The notes under the pieces are model-generated. The model made no database searches. It was not told where the DNA came from and was given only the letters and a program-made list of their open reading frames with translations. A DNA stretch of 56,948 nucleotides from Candidatus Wolfebacteria bacterium RIFOXYB1_FULL_54_12 (GTDB lineage Bacteria; Patescibacteriota; Minisyncoccia; UBA6257; UBA9933), in contig MGIT01000004.1 in NCBI GenBank assembly GCA_001793895.1, positions 8,517-65,464 on the forward strand, read 5' to 3'. The position numbers and the translations under genes were made by a program. Positions 46,654 through 54,927 of the stretch are shown here, piece after piece. Numbering within the stretch: position 1 is the stretch's first letter; each line of letters opens with the position of its first letter.

Positions 46654-46751
46654 ATAAATAACCTATAACCTATAACCGATAACCGATAACGGGATGCGGA
46701 TTGCATCTAATTCCGTTTCATTGTTATGGGTTTTTGGTTTTCGGTTGTTTG
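46654..46751 (-). repeat. ~100-nt intercistronic element (rpsG-fusA spacer)
   Basis: About 90% identical to 47220..47320. Heptamer arms flank the core GGGATGCGGATTGCATCTAATTCCGTTTCATTGTT. Confidence 0.85.
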
Positions 46752-47219
46752 TTATCTTGCAAAGTGTGCGAAGGCGCGGTTTGCTTCGGCCATCTTGTGC
46801 ACGTTTTGCTTCTTTTTGATCGCGGTTCCTTCGCCCTTATAGGAAGCGATGAGTTCTTCAGCGAGACGCTCCGACATAGCCTTGCCTTTTTTGGCCCGTG
46901 CCGCGTCGATCATCCACTTGCAACCCAAGAAAAACTTTCGTTCTGCGCGTACTTCGCGGGGAACCTGATAGTTCGCACCGCCAACGCGCTTACTGACGAC
47001 CTCGAGCAGGGGAGAAGCATTTTCCAGCGCTTTCTCGAACACCTCCAGCGGGCTCATCTGCAATTCCTTTTCAATGATATTGAATGCACCGTATACAACC
47101 CGCTCGGCAACCGTCTTTTCGCCGTCGAACATCATGTAATTGATGAATCGGGACAGCGCGATGGAGCCATGCTTCACATCCGGCGTGTGATATTTTTTAA
47201 ATTTTCTGTTTCTTCGCAT
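46752..47219 (-). CDS. rpsG: 30S ribosomal protein S7
   Basis: DGEKTVAERVVYGAF..., GGANYQVPREV, 155 aa. Confidence 0.9.
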   Translation of the reverse strand: MRRNRKFKKYHTPDVKHGSIALSRFINYMMFDGEKTVAERVVYGAFNIIEKELQMSPLEVFEKALENASPLLEVVSKRVGGANYQVPREVRAERKFFLGCKWMIDAARAKKGKAMSERLAEELIASYKGEGTAIKKKQNVHKMAEANRAFAHFAR

Positions 47220-47320
47220 AATAATGACCTACAACCTATAACCGACAACCGATAACGGGATGCGGATTGCATCTAATTCCGTTTCATTGTTGTGGGTTTT
47301 TGGTTTTCGGTTGTTGGTTT
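47220..47320 (-). repeat. ~100-nt intercistronic element (rpsL-rpsG spacer)
   Basis: See 46654..46751. Confidence 0.85.
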
Positions 47321-47740
47321 TTACTTAGCTGTCTTGGCTTTTTTAGCGCCATATTTACTGCGACCCTGATTCATCTTTACACAACCTGCCGTATCGAGTA
47401 CGCCACGCACAATGTGGTACCGTACGCCCGGCAAGTCCTTTACGCGTCCGCCGCGGATCATGACGACCGAGTGCTCCTGGAGGTTATGTCCCATTCCCGG
47501 AATGTACGCGGATACTTCCATGCCGTTGGTCAAACGAACACGGGCGACCTTGCGAAGCGCCGAGTTCGGCTTCTTCGGAGTGGTGGTAAACACCTTCAAA
47601 CATACGCCTCGCTTGAACGGAGACGTAGAGTTCACCGGACGGTTCAAGATCGTATTGAAATACAATCCCATCGCCGGCGACTTGGACTTCAGATTTTTGC
47701 TCTGACGTCCTTTCTTGATCAATTGTCTAATTGTAGGCAT
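47321..47740 (-). CDS. rpsL: 30S ribosomal protein S12
   Basis: [13 protein letters not shown]..., [16 protein letters not shown], 139 aa from the ATG at 47740. Confidence 0.95.
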   Translation of the reverse strand: MPTIRQLIKKGRQSKNLKSKSPAMGLYFNTILNRPVNSTSPFKRGVCLKVFTTTPKKPNSALRKVARVRLTNGMEVSAYIPGMGHNLQEHSVVMIRGGRVKDLPGVRYHIVRGVLDTAGCVKMNQGRSKYGAKKAKTAK

Positions 47741-48123
47741 CTCTCTTTTCCGAATGCATGGGGTTGACGAACTACTGCGTTGCCTTCCTCGCGTATTCCC
47801 TCGAAGGAGTACCACTCCATCTCAGTCGTCCGCTCGTCGGCGCCTTGTATTTCATTCAACCGCATGTATTCGGGCTTTTATTTAAAAACACGAATACAAT
47901 CCCTTTTCGATATTTCTTCAGATCAAGGGAGTGATCCAATTCAATACCCTAAGGGCTTCGAACATCTTTAACAGTACCTGCGTCATCGCTTCTTTTTACT
48001 CGCGATGCCGTATGTTTCCCATTAAAGTTTGCCGCTCCGGTATTCTTTCCTATTCGGATCAGCGCCGAATAGAATCTGATTGCCGGTGGCTATTCCAAAT
48101 CAAAACCGTAGTTTTGAAAAGGG

Positions 48124-48197
48124 TGGGTGATGAGGGATTCGAACCCCCGACCCTCTCGGTGTAAACGAGATGCTCTAACCAACTGAGCTAATCACCC
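48124..48197 (-). tRNA. tRNA-Val (anticodon UAC)
   Basis: GGGTGATTAGCTCAGTTGGTTAGAGC, anticodon arm TCTCG-TTTACAC-CGAGA, T arm GGGGG-TTCGAAT-CCCTC. Confidence 0.9.
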
Positions 48198-48336
48198 TTC
48201 TTAACCTACAACCAATAACCTACAACCTACAACCTACAACAGGGTGCGGATTGGCCACTTCTTGAACCAATCCATAATACCTTTACTTATTGCATTAGTC
48301 AATATTTTTTACATTACGGCGTGACCACTTTTTCGT

Positions 48337-48490
48337 CATCCTGAACTTGACCCTCGGCGTTGCTAACGATCCATCAGCCGACGGAGAGTGTGCAACGTGC
48401 CGGGATACTCGAAGCGCATAAGGTCTCGCGCTTCAAGTGTTTCAGGATCTTGTCATAATAACACAAGATTCCGGCTCGGAGGCCGGAATG
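48337..48490. repeat. double-hairpin element with a ~90-nt nested insert (48350..48438)
   Basis: Direct reading. Confidence 0.85.
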
Positions 48491-48544
48491 ACCCCGTAGA
48501 GAAAGCTGCTGCTTTCCACGGGGCAAGCAATGCGGGGAGGGTCG

Positions 48545-49153
48545 TTATCTATCCCCATTCGGGAGCTGGGCGTCTTCCTTTATGGAGCGGCTGACCAGGC
48601 TTTCCACGTAGATCATTCCCAAAAAGAACAGGGTCGTGAATATTGCCACCGTTTTTATGTCTTTTTTCCACAATTCCGCCCGCTCGGCGAACACATACCC
48701 TACGGAAACAAACGTCGTCGTCCAAATAAAAGCCGCCGGAATGCTATATTTGATCAGTTTTTTAAAGGGCGTTTTGAAATATCCGCTCGACATAAGCATA
48801 AATCGGTTCATTCCCCATGCGAATTTTGACATAAAAATGTACAATCCTTCCCGCTTTTGGAGCTTTTTGAACGTTTTTTCCATCTTTTCAACATCCAAAA
48901 TCCATAATTTCTTCCTTTCCCCAGCGCCTACCTTCATTCCTATAGCCCAATATCCAATATCGTGCAAAATGACCGCGCAAAATGCCACTAAAATAGTATC
49001 CATGAAGTCGATAACCTGCCCACGCACCAAAATGCCCGCCAAAATAAGAAACATCTCCCCTTCGATGAACATGCCCAAAAACACGATCATATAGGTCGCA
49101 ATAAGGCCTATTTGGGTGAATTGCAACAATAATGTCTCCATATTTTGTATCAT
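48545..49153 (-). CDS. DedA-family membrane protein
   Basis: VFLGMFIEGEMFLILAGILV motif, 202 aa, polytopic. Confidence 0.75.
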   Translation of the reverse strand: MIQNMETLLLQFTQIGLIATYMIVFLGMFIEGEMFLILAGILVRGQVIDFMDTILVAFCAVILHDIGYWAIGMKVGAGERKKLWILDVEKMEKTFKKLQKREGLYIFMSKFAWGMNRFMLMSSGYFKTPFKKLIKYSIPAAFIWTTTFVSVGYVFAERAELWKKDIKTVAIFTTLFFLGMIYVESLVSRSIKEDAQLPNGDR

Positions 49154-49186
49154 ATCATTGCTTTGGGGGATAAAAAAGCCCCCTTA

Positions 49187-49228
49187 AATTGCTGTCCAAA
49201 TATACGATCGTACATTTGGACAGCAATT
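49187..49228. repeat. 44-bp palindrome, copy 3
   Basis: AATTGCTGTCCAAATATACG-AT-CGTACATTTGGACAGCAATT, ~35 nt upstream of the DedA-family ATG. Confidence 0.9.
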
Positions 49229-49296
49229 ATTCCGTAAAAAAATCCGCCAGTTTTCCGACTGGCGGATTGGCGGTTTTATCCACATCCACAATGCTG

Positions 49297-49722
49297 TCAC
49301 TCGAACATCCAGTCCTTGAGGACCCATTGTTTGACCTGCTGTTGGCCGTTGCCGTTGAACCGGAATGTTTTTTCGGTCGTCCCGATTACCCGGTTGCCAT
49401 ACCGGCTATAGGCGACCACGAGTATGTGCACTATCTCATCCGCATGGATGCGATTTTTAACCTTGATGTCCACTTCCTGCCTCGGCAGGTAAAACATCGG
49501 CAGTTCCACGCCGTTTTGCACAAGCCGTATCTTGTACTGACTCGCGTTCACGATCATAATGTAGGAACTGCGGTAAAACTCACCCCTCCCATCATAATCA
49601 TACCCCTGCCGGTAATCCTGCTTCTGCCAGGTCGGAACCGAGGTATAAATTGCGAGCCTTTTTACCCCGCACCCGCACAGCAGGCACATGGCCGCCAATG
49701 CGACGATTGCCGCTTTCTTCAT
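49297..49722 (-). CDS. putative lipoprotein
   Basis: MKKAAIVALAAMCLLCGCG lipobox. RBS is AAGGAGG. Confidence 0.6.
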   Translation of the reverse strand: MKKAAIVALAAMCLLCGCGVKRLAIYTSVPTWQKQDYRQGYDYDGRGEFYRSSYIMIVNASQYKIRLVQNGVELPMFYLPRQEVDIKVKNRIHADEIVHILVVAYSRYGNRVIGTTEKTFRFNGNGQQQVKQWVLKDWMFE

Positions 49723-49955
49723 TTCCTGCCTCCTTTTTTCCGTTTATGCCGCTTTTCCACGCAGGTCCACGCCATAAGCAGGCACCCGAGCAGAACCGCC
49801 ACAGCACCGATCACGATCAACTCGACTTCCGCCGGTTTCCCCGCTGCCGCCGTGGTTTTCAGTACCGCGAACCCATCGCTTGTCAGCTTGGCGCCGATTA
49901 CGATCGTTCCGAAAGCCCCCAGTCTCTGTATATACTTCCCGAGCTCTTCCTTCAT
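49719..49955 (-). CDS. hypothetical 78-aa protein with a C-terminal TM and basic tail
   Basis: RBS is GGGAGG. ATGA overlap with the downstream lipoprotein gene. Confidence 0.5.
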   Translation of the reverse strand: MKEELGKYIQRLGAFGTIVIGAKLTSDGFAVLKTTAAAGKPAEVELIVIGAVAVLLGCLLMAWTCVEKRHKRKKGGRK

Positions 49956-50302
49956 GTACCTGCCTCCCTATAAAGTAATGATCTTTTACTAAGTCCTAAG
50001 TATATTTTACGTCTTTTGTTTATTTTAGTCAATAACTGCGGGTGGTGTCACCCCGGCGGAGGGGGGCGAGGTGTGAGATGTGAGGTGTGAGATAAGGGGG
50101 AATTTCTAATTTCTAATTAAAATACTGGATTCCCGTTTTCACGGGAATGACAATGCGTGGGGATAACCGATGACCAATAACTAATGACCGATAACTGGGA
50201 TGCGGGATACTGACCGATAACTGATAACGGATAACTAATACCGGGATGCGATGACAATGCGGAAGGTATACAGTATAGGGTATAGGGTATGCAGGGGGAT
50301 TA

Positions 50303-50340
50303 TAAAAATACCCGTCGTCAGCTGACGGGCGGGTATTTTT
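50303..50340 (-). terminator. Rho-independent terminator after thrS (bidirectional shape)
   Basis: ATACCCGCCCGTCAGCTGACGACGGGTAT followed by T5 on the minus strand. Confidence 0.7.
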
Positions 50341-50343
50341 GTG

Positions 50344-52137
50344 CTATTTCGTCAATTCACCCTCTATTTCCTTAAGGAACACGCTTGTTTTCTTTATGCC
50401 CAGGTCGCCTTCGCCTCGCTTGCGAACGGCCACGCTTTTGGCGGCAACTTCCTTGTCGCCGATGACCAACAGGTAGGGGATGCGCTTTATTTCCGCTTCG
50501 CGGATCTTTTTGCCAACGCTCCCGTCATAATCCGCCACCTCTACGCGTGCGCCCAATGCTTCAAGCTGGGCTGCGACTTCTTTTGCGTATGCGAGATGCG
50601 TTTCACCCACGTTGATGACCTTGCACTGTACCGGGGATAGCCATGTCGGCAGATCGCCTGCGGTCGTTTCGAGCAAGAATGAAAAGAACCGTTCGAATGA
50701 CCCGAGGATGGCTCGGTGTATGACGACCACCGGCTGTTCCGTTCCATCTTTGTCTATGTAGTTCAAGTTGAACTTTGCCGCGGAGTAGTAGTCCACCTGA
50801 ATGGTCGCAATGGTATCTTCCTTTCCGTAAATGTTCTTGATCTGAATGTCTATCTTTGGCCCATAGAACGATGCTTCGCCAAACCCCTCGACGAACTCAA
50901 GCTTGAGCTTTTTAAGCACGCTTCTCAAAACGCTTGCGCCGTCCTCCCACATTTTTTTGTTCTTTACGTCGCCGTACTTTTCCTTGTTCTTGAAGTCGGG
51001 GAGGGAAAGACGAAACCAATAGCCGCCGATGTTAAAGTCATCGTAGACCTCCTTGAACAATTCGAGAATGCCAATGATCTCCGCTTCCAGCTGTTCCTGC
51101 GTAGCGTAGATGTGCGAATCGTTTTGGGTAAACCCGCGCGTGCGGATCATGCCGCTTAATGTTCCCGATCGTTCGAAGCGGAATACATTGCCGAACTCTG
51201 CCATGCGAAACGGCAGATCGCGATAGCTCATTAATTTATGGTTGTAAATCGAGTGGTGGTGCGGGCAGTTCATCGGGCGCAAATAATAGCGCTCACCCTC
51301 TATTTCGATCGGCGCGTACATATCTTCCTTGTAATGCGCGAGGTGTCCAGAGGTTTTATATAGACCCTCCTTGGCCAGAATAGGCGTCAGAACATGCTTA
51401 TATCCTGCCTTTTGCTCCTTGTCGTACATGTACGTTTCGATCAAATGCCGCACCAAATGTCCGTTCGGAAGCCACAAGGGGAGACCCTTGCCGATCTTTT
51501 CATCCACCATGAACATGTCGAGTTTTTCTGCAAGCACGCGATGGTCGCGGCGCTCCGCTTCTTCCAACATATGCAAATGCGCTTCGAGATCTTCTTTTGT
51601 TTCAAAGGCAAGGCCGTAGATGCGCGTAAGCATTTGATTCTTTTCCGAACCTTTCCAATAGGCTCCTGCGATCTTCTGCAGTTTGAATGCTTCCGGATTT
51701 ATTTCCTTGGTCGATGCCACATGCGGGCCGGCACATAGATCGGCAAAGATAACTTCCTTGCCGCTTTTTGTCGCGTACATCGTCGGCTCTTTGCCGTCTT
51801 TTTTTAAGTCTTTGATCAGCTCCAATTTATATGGCTGATTTTTGAAAAACTTTTTTGCTTCGTCGTAGGTGGTCTTTTCTTTTTTAAAGACCAACTCCTT
51901 TTTCATTAATCCGCGCATGCGGTTTTCAAGCGCTTGCAGGTCTTTATCGGTCACTTTTGCATTTCCGAAATCGAAATCATAATAAAATCCGTTTTCTATT
52001 ACCGGCCCGATGCCGAGTTTGGTTCCCGAAAACTGCTTCAAAACCGCCTCAGCCAACAGGTGAGAGAGGGAATGCCTTACCTTTTCCAAACTGTTGCCCG
52101 CAGCTTTTTTACTGACAGCTTTTTTGATCGTTTTCAT
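50344..52137 (-). CDS. thrS: threonyl-tRNA synthetase (no TGS domain; starts at the editing domain)
   Basis: YRDLPFRMAEFGNVFRFERSGTLSGMIRTRGFTQNDSHIY. ATG at 52137; the listed N-terminal extension is repeat DNA. Confidence 0.9.
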   Translation of the reverse strand: MKTIKKAVSKKAAGNSLEKVRHSLSHLLAEAVLKQFSGTKLGIGPVIENGFYYDFDFGNAKVTDKDLQALENRMRGLMKKELVFKKEKTTYDEAKKFFKNQPYKLELIKDLKKDGKEPTMYATKSGKEVIFADLCAGPHVASTKEINPEAFKLQKIAGAYWKGSEKNQMLTRIYGLAFETKEDLEAHLHMLEEAERRDHRVLAEKLDMFMVDEKIGKGLPLWLPNGHLVRHLIETYMYDKEQKAGYKHVLTPILAKEGLYKTSGHLAHYKEDMYAPIEIEGERYYLRPMNCPHHHSIYNHKLMSYRDLPFRMAEFGNVFRFERSGTLSGMIRTRGFTQNDSHIYATQEQLEAEIIGILELFKEVYDDFNIGGYWFRLSLPDFKNKEKYGDVKNKKMWEDGASVLRSVLKKLKLEFVEGFGEASFYGPKIDIQIKNIYGKEDTIATIQVDYYSAAKFNLNYIDKDGTEQPVVVIHRAILGSFERFFSFLLETTAGDLPTWLSPVQCKVINVGETHLAYAKEVAAQLEALGARVEVADYDGSVGKKIREAEIKRIPYLLVIGDKEVAAKSVAVRKRGEGDLGIKKTSVFLKEIEGELTK

Positions 52138-52264
52138 GATTTTTAAATACTGGATTCCTCCGCCAGTCGGCGGACGGGAATGGTTATATATAACAGAAAC
52201 GGTATGTGATATTGCTTTCATTAAACGCCAAACCAACCAAAATTGCAAAGCAATGTACGCCTTC

Positions 52265-53039
52265 TAATGTAACGACGTCGGACGTCGTTACATTAGATAG
52301 CACATGTTATAATACAAATATGCCTAATCTATATCACACTCTCAACAGGGGAGTCGATAAAAGAAAACTTTTTATCGATAAGCAGGATTATTTGCGCTTT
52401 ATTCACGATCTATACGAATTTAATGACGAGGCACCTGCGAATAATAATTGCCACGGCTTCCGCCGGACGCCGGTAAAATGTAACGACGTCGGACGTCGTT
52501 ACATTGGGCGGTCGTTACTTGTAGATATCCATGCATTCTGCCTTATGCCAAACCATTACCATCTGCTTTTGAGCCCGCGTGTCGAAAATGGTATTCCATT
52601 GTTTATGAAGAAGTTGAATGGCGGATATGCAAAGTATTTCAATGAGCGATACGATCGGCAGGGGGCACTGTTTGAGGGGAGGTATAAGTCAGTGCCGGTA
52701 ACGGCGCAATCGCACTTTATTCACTTGCCATATTATATCCACTTGAACCCATTGGATATGTTTGATCACGGATGGCGGGATCGGGTAGTCCATAGCCATG
52801 CCGATACTATGAAATATTTGGAAAATTATCGATGGTCAAGTCATTTGGATTATATGGGAAAGAAAAACTTTCCCTCGGTTACACAACGAGAGTTCCTGCT
52901 CGAATTTTTTGGAGGACAGGAGGGATACGCGCAAGCGTTAGCCCAATGGGTCAAAGATATTAGTATCAACGATATCCGAGGCGTCATTTTAGAAAAGTGA
53001 CGAATAACAAAATGTAACGACGTCGGACGTCGTTACATT
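52265..53039 (+). mobile_element. Y1 (IS200-like / RAYT-type) transposase gene bracketed by identical REP-like palindromes
   Basis: AATGTAACGACGTCGGACGTCGTTACATT at 52265..52295, 52477..52505 (inside the CDS) and 53011..53039. Confidence 0.75.
52320..53000 (+). CDS. IS200-like Y1 / REP-associated tyrosine transposase (RAYT)-like protein
   Basis: HUH motif MPNHYHLLL, catalytic-Tyr region GALFEGRYKS, YIHLNP. ATG at 52320 with TATAAT upstream. Confidence 0.8.
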   Translation: MPNLYHTLNRGVDKRKLFIDKQDYLRFIHDLYEFNDEAPANNNCHGFRRTPVKCNDVGRRYIGRSLLVDIHAFCLMPNHYHLLLSPRVENGIPLFMKKLNGGYAKYFNERYDRQGALFEGRYKSVPVTAQSHFIHLPYYIHLNPLDMFDHGWRDRVVHSHADTMKYLENYRWSSHLDYMGKKNFPSVTQREFLLEFFGGQEGYAQALAQWVKDISINDIRGVILEK

Positions 53040-53045
53040 GGGTGC

Positions 53046-53076
53046 CAAAAATAAAAGGCCCCGATTGCTCGGGGCC
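53046..53076 (-). terminator. Rho-independent terminator
   Basis: GGCCCCG-agcaat-CGGGGCC followed by TTTTATTTTT on the minus strand. Confidence 0.7.
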
Positions 53077-53101
53077 GTTGCCGATGCTCCTGTTGCCACT
53101 T

Positions 53102-53521
53102 TTATGTGTGGCGTTTGATGCGGTCACATGACCGCTCCCTTGTCCGTTCGTTCAGGGCGTAAGACACTGTCATCCTCGACCCAACCTTGAGCGCATCGAA
53201 TATCCCAGAACTTACCCTCTCGGCGAAGATGCAGCCGTCGTTGCAGAAAATATCCAGCATCAGCTCGCATTCCCCGGACTTTCGGACCGCCTCCCACCTG
53301 TTTTCAGGCACCCGTATTACCGGGGCACTGGCCTTGGCGCGCGGGTAACAAATGTACTTTGCCGCTACCGCGCCTTCCACATCATGCGCCGATATGTTTT
53401 GGTTTTTCGCCTTCGCCCTGTCCTTGGCGTTGTGAAACAGAACCACGATAATGCCGCCAATCGCGGCGAGTACCGCCGCCATGACCACTCCAAATGCTAT
53501 TTGCACCATTGCTTCACTCAC
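53102..53521 (-). CDS. hypothetical 139-aa protein with an N-terminal TM (GTG start)
   Basis: GTG at 53521 lies 6 nt after GGAGG. VSEAMVQIAFGVVMAAVLAAIGGIIVVLF... The listed ORF extends to 53680 without an RBS. Confidence 0.5.
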   Translation of the reverse strand: MSEAMVQIAFGVVMAAVLAAIGGIIVVLFHNAKDRAKAKNQNISAHDVEGAVAAKYICYPRAKASAPVIRVPENRWEAVRKSGECELMLDIFCNDGCIFAERVSSGIFDALKVGSRMTVSYALNERTRERSCDRIKRHT

Positions 53522-53652
53522 TTGGGGCCTCCTTTTTTCTTTTCCCGAATGACTATGCAAATAAACGCCAGCCATGCGGCACTTATCAAGCAAAGAGTAA
53601 GCATCCCCAAGTACTCCGGGTCTTCCCAAAACAACTGTCTCAAAAATTCCAT
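53518..53652 (-). CDS. 44-aa membrane peptide, translationally coupled (GTGA overlap)
   Basis: Own translation: MEFLRQLFWEDPEYLGMLTLCLISAAWLAFICIVIREKKKGGPK. The RBS AAGGAGGAAGGT abuts the ATG (GGAGG core ~5 nt upstream). Confidence 0.45.
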   Translation of the reverse strand: MEFLRQLFWEDPEYLGMLTLCLISAAWLAFICIVIREKKKGGPK

Positions 53653-53731
53653 ACCTTCCTCCTTCTTTATATATTGGCATTGAAAATCTACTGGTTTTAT
53701 AGTGTCATTTATTTACCCGTTTGTCAACTTT

Positions 53732-53770
53732 TACAAAATAAAAAGGCCCGGCGACATGTGTCGCCGGGCC
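53732..53770 (-). terminator. terminator-promoter module, copy 1
   Basis: CCCGGCGACACATGTCGCCGGG followed by CTTTTTATTTTG, then TTGACA. Confidence 0.7.
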
Positions 53771-53801
53771 ATGTTTTGTACTACCGCCTAAGGACAACCA
53801 T

Positions 53802-54338
53802 CTATTCAATTTTGAGCTTGATGACAGCTATACCACCGTTGGTCACGACCTCGAACCTCAAATTTCCAGTAGTGCCCAGTTTACCAGGATTCCCTTCGTG
53901 CGGCAAAGACAACCGCTGATAGAAGTCGGGCTTAAGGAGTAGGGGGATGTTATTTACTTCACAAAGAAATACTTCCGCCTCCCTGAGTGAAACGACGTCG
54001 CTCATTACCAAAAAGAATTCGTCCGTCTGCCGGTTCTTCACAACGACCATTTTTGTCGGATCCTCGTGATTTTTTAACACCGCCCTGTTTCGTGGATGGG
54101 TCCGCGAAATATCCATAAAATTAAACTGCGTTCTACCAGCAACAAGCTTCCCGCCACTACCGGAAGCAACCGCTCGGGTCATAAAATCTATTTCGGCTTC
54201 CCGTGTGTTTTCGTCAAGATCATACACATTTACGACCGCTGCGAATTCCTTACCGTCTCTCCCGTTGCCCGTTTGGTCAATCACGATAAATCTGCCGTTG
54301 ATAATACCCATACTACCAACCATCTCTACTATTTCCAC
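53802..54338 (-). CDS. hypothetical 178-aa protein, no recognisable family
   Basis: GTG start 6 nt after GGAGG, with a terminator downstream. Confidence 0.55.
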   Translation of the reverse strand: MEIVEMVGSMGIINGRFIVIDQTGNGRDGKEFAAVVNVYDLDENTREAEIDFMTRAVASGSGGKLVAGRTQFNFMDISRTHPRNRAVLKNHEDPTKMVVVKNRQTDEFFLVMSDVVSLREAEVFLCEVNNIPLLLKPDFYQRLSLPHEGNPGKLGTTGNLRFEVVTNGGIAVIKLKIE

Positions 54339-54426
54339 GGCCTACCTCCTATGAGTATTGCGTTACATGGTATTGTTGTGTTCTGTTTATTTTTTACCAT
54401 TATTGCTTAGATATTGTCAACTTTTA

Positions 54427-54463
54427 CAAAATAAAAAGACCCGGCGACATGTGTCGCCGGGCC
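54427..54463 (-). terminator. terminator-promoter module, copy 2
   Basis: Same ~50-nt sequence as 53720..53770. Confidence 0.65.
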
Positions 54464-54639
54464 GTGGAAGGCTTGCTGCTGAAGAAGTGAGGTAGTCTTT
54501 GTGGTGCTGAACCCACCTGACACGGCTTATTCCCCCAAGGTGATGGGGTACAATGGGGTTGGTATGAAGTATAGGGTATGGGTGGGGGGGATAAAGTATA
54601 AAGTATATGGTATAGGGTATACGGTATGGGAGGGGGAAG

Positions 54640-54850
54640 TGTCATCCTGAACTCGTTTCAGGATCTTGTGAGAAAGAAACAAGATTCCGAAACGAGTTCG
54701 GAATGACAATGCGAGGGGATGACCGATAACCGATAACGGGACGCGGGATACTAACTAATGACTGATGACGGGGAAGTGGGGCGACGGGCAACAGATTCCT
54801 CGACAGGCTCGGAATGACCCTCCTTCGCTAAAGCTACGGACGGGCAAAGC
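54640..54850. repeat. double-hairpin element plus heptamer blocks and hairpin repeats
   Basis: Direct reading. Confidence 0.8.
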
Positions 54851-54870
54851 AATGTGGGGAAGTAATGTGC

Positions 54871-54895
54871 AAAAAAAGTCGGCGCTTGCGCCGAC
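54871..54895 (-). terminator. Rho-independent terminator after dnaE
   Basis: GTCGGCGC-aa-GCGCCGAC followed by T7 on the minus strand. Confidence 0.7.
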
Positions 54896-54927
54896 TTTTT
54901 GTTCTGTTATTGGTTATAGGTTATTAG

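Noticed and set aside
53102-53680. The listed 192-aa ORF as one gene.
   Set aside because: The ATG at 53680 has no RBS. Two strong RBS-start pairs inside it (53652 in another frame, and 53521) give a coupled two-gene model with a GTGA overlap. This remains unproven.
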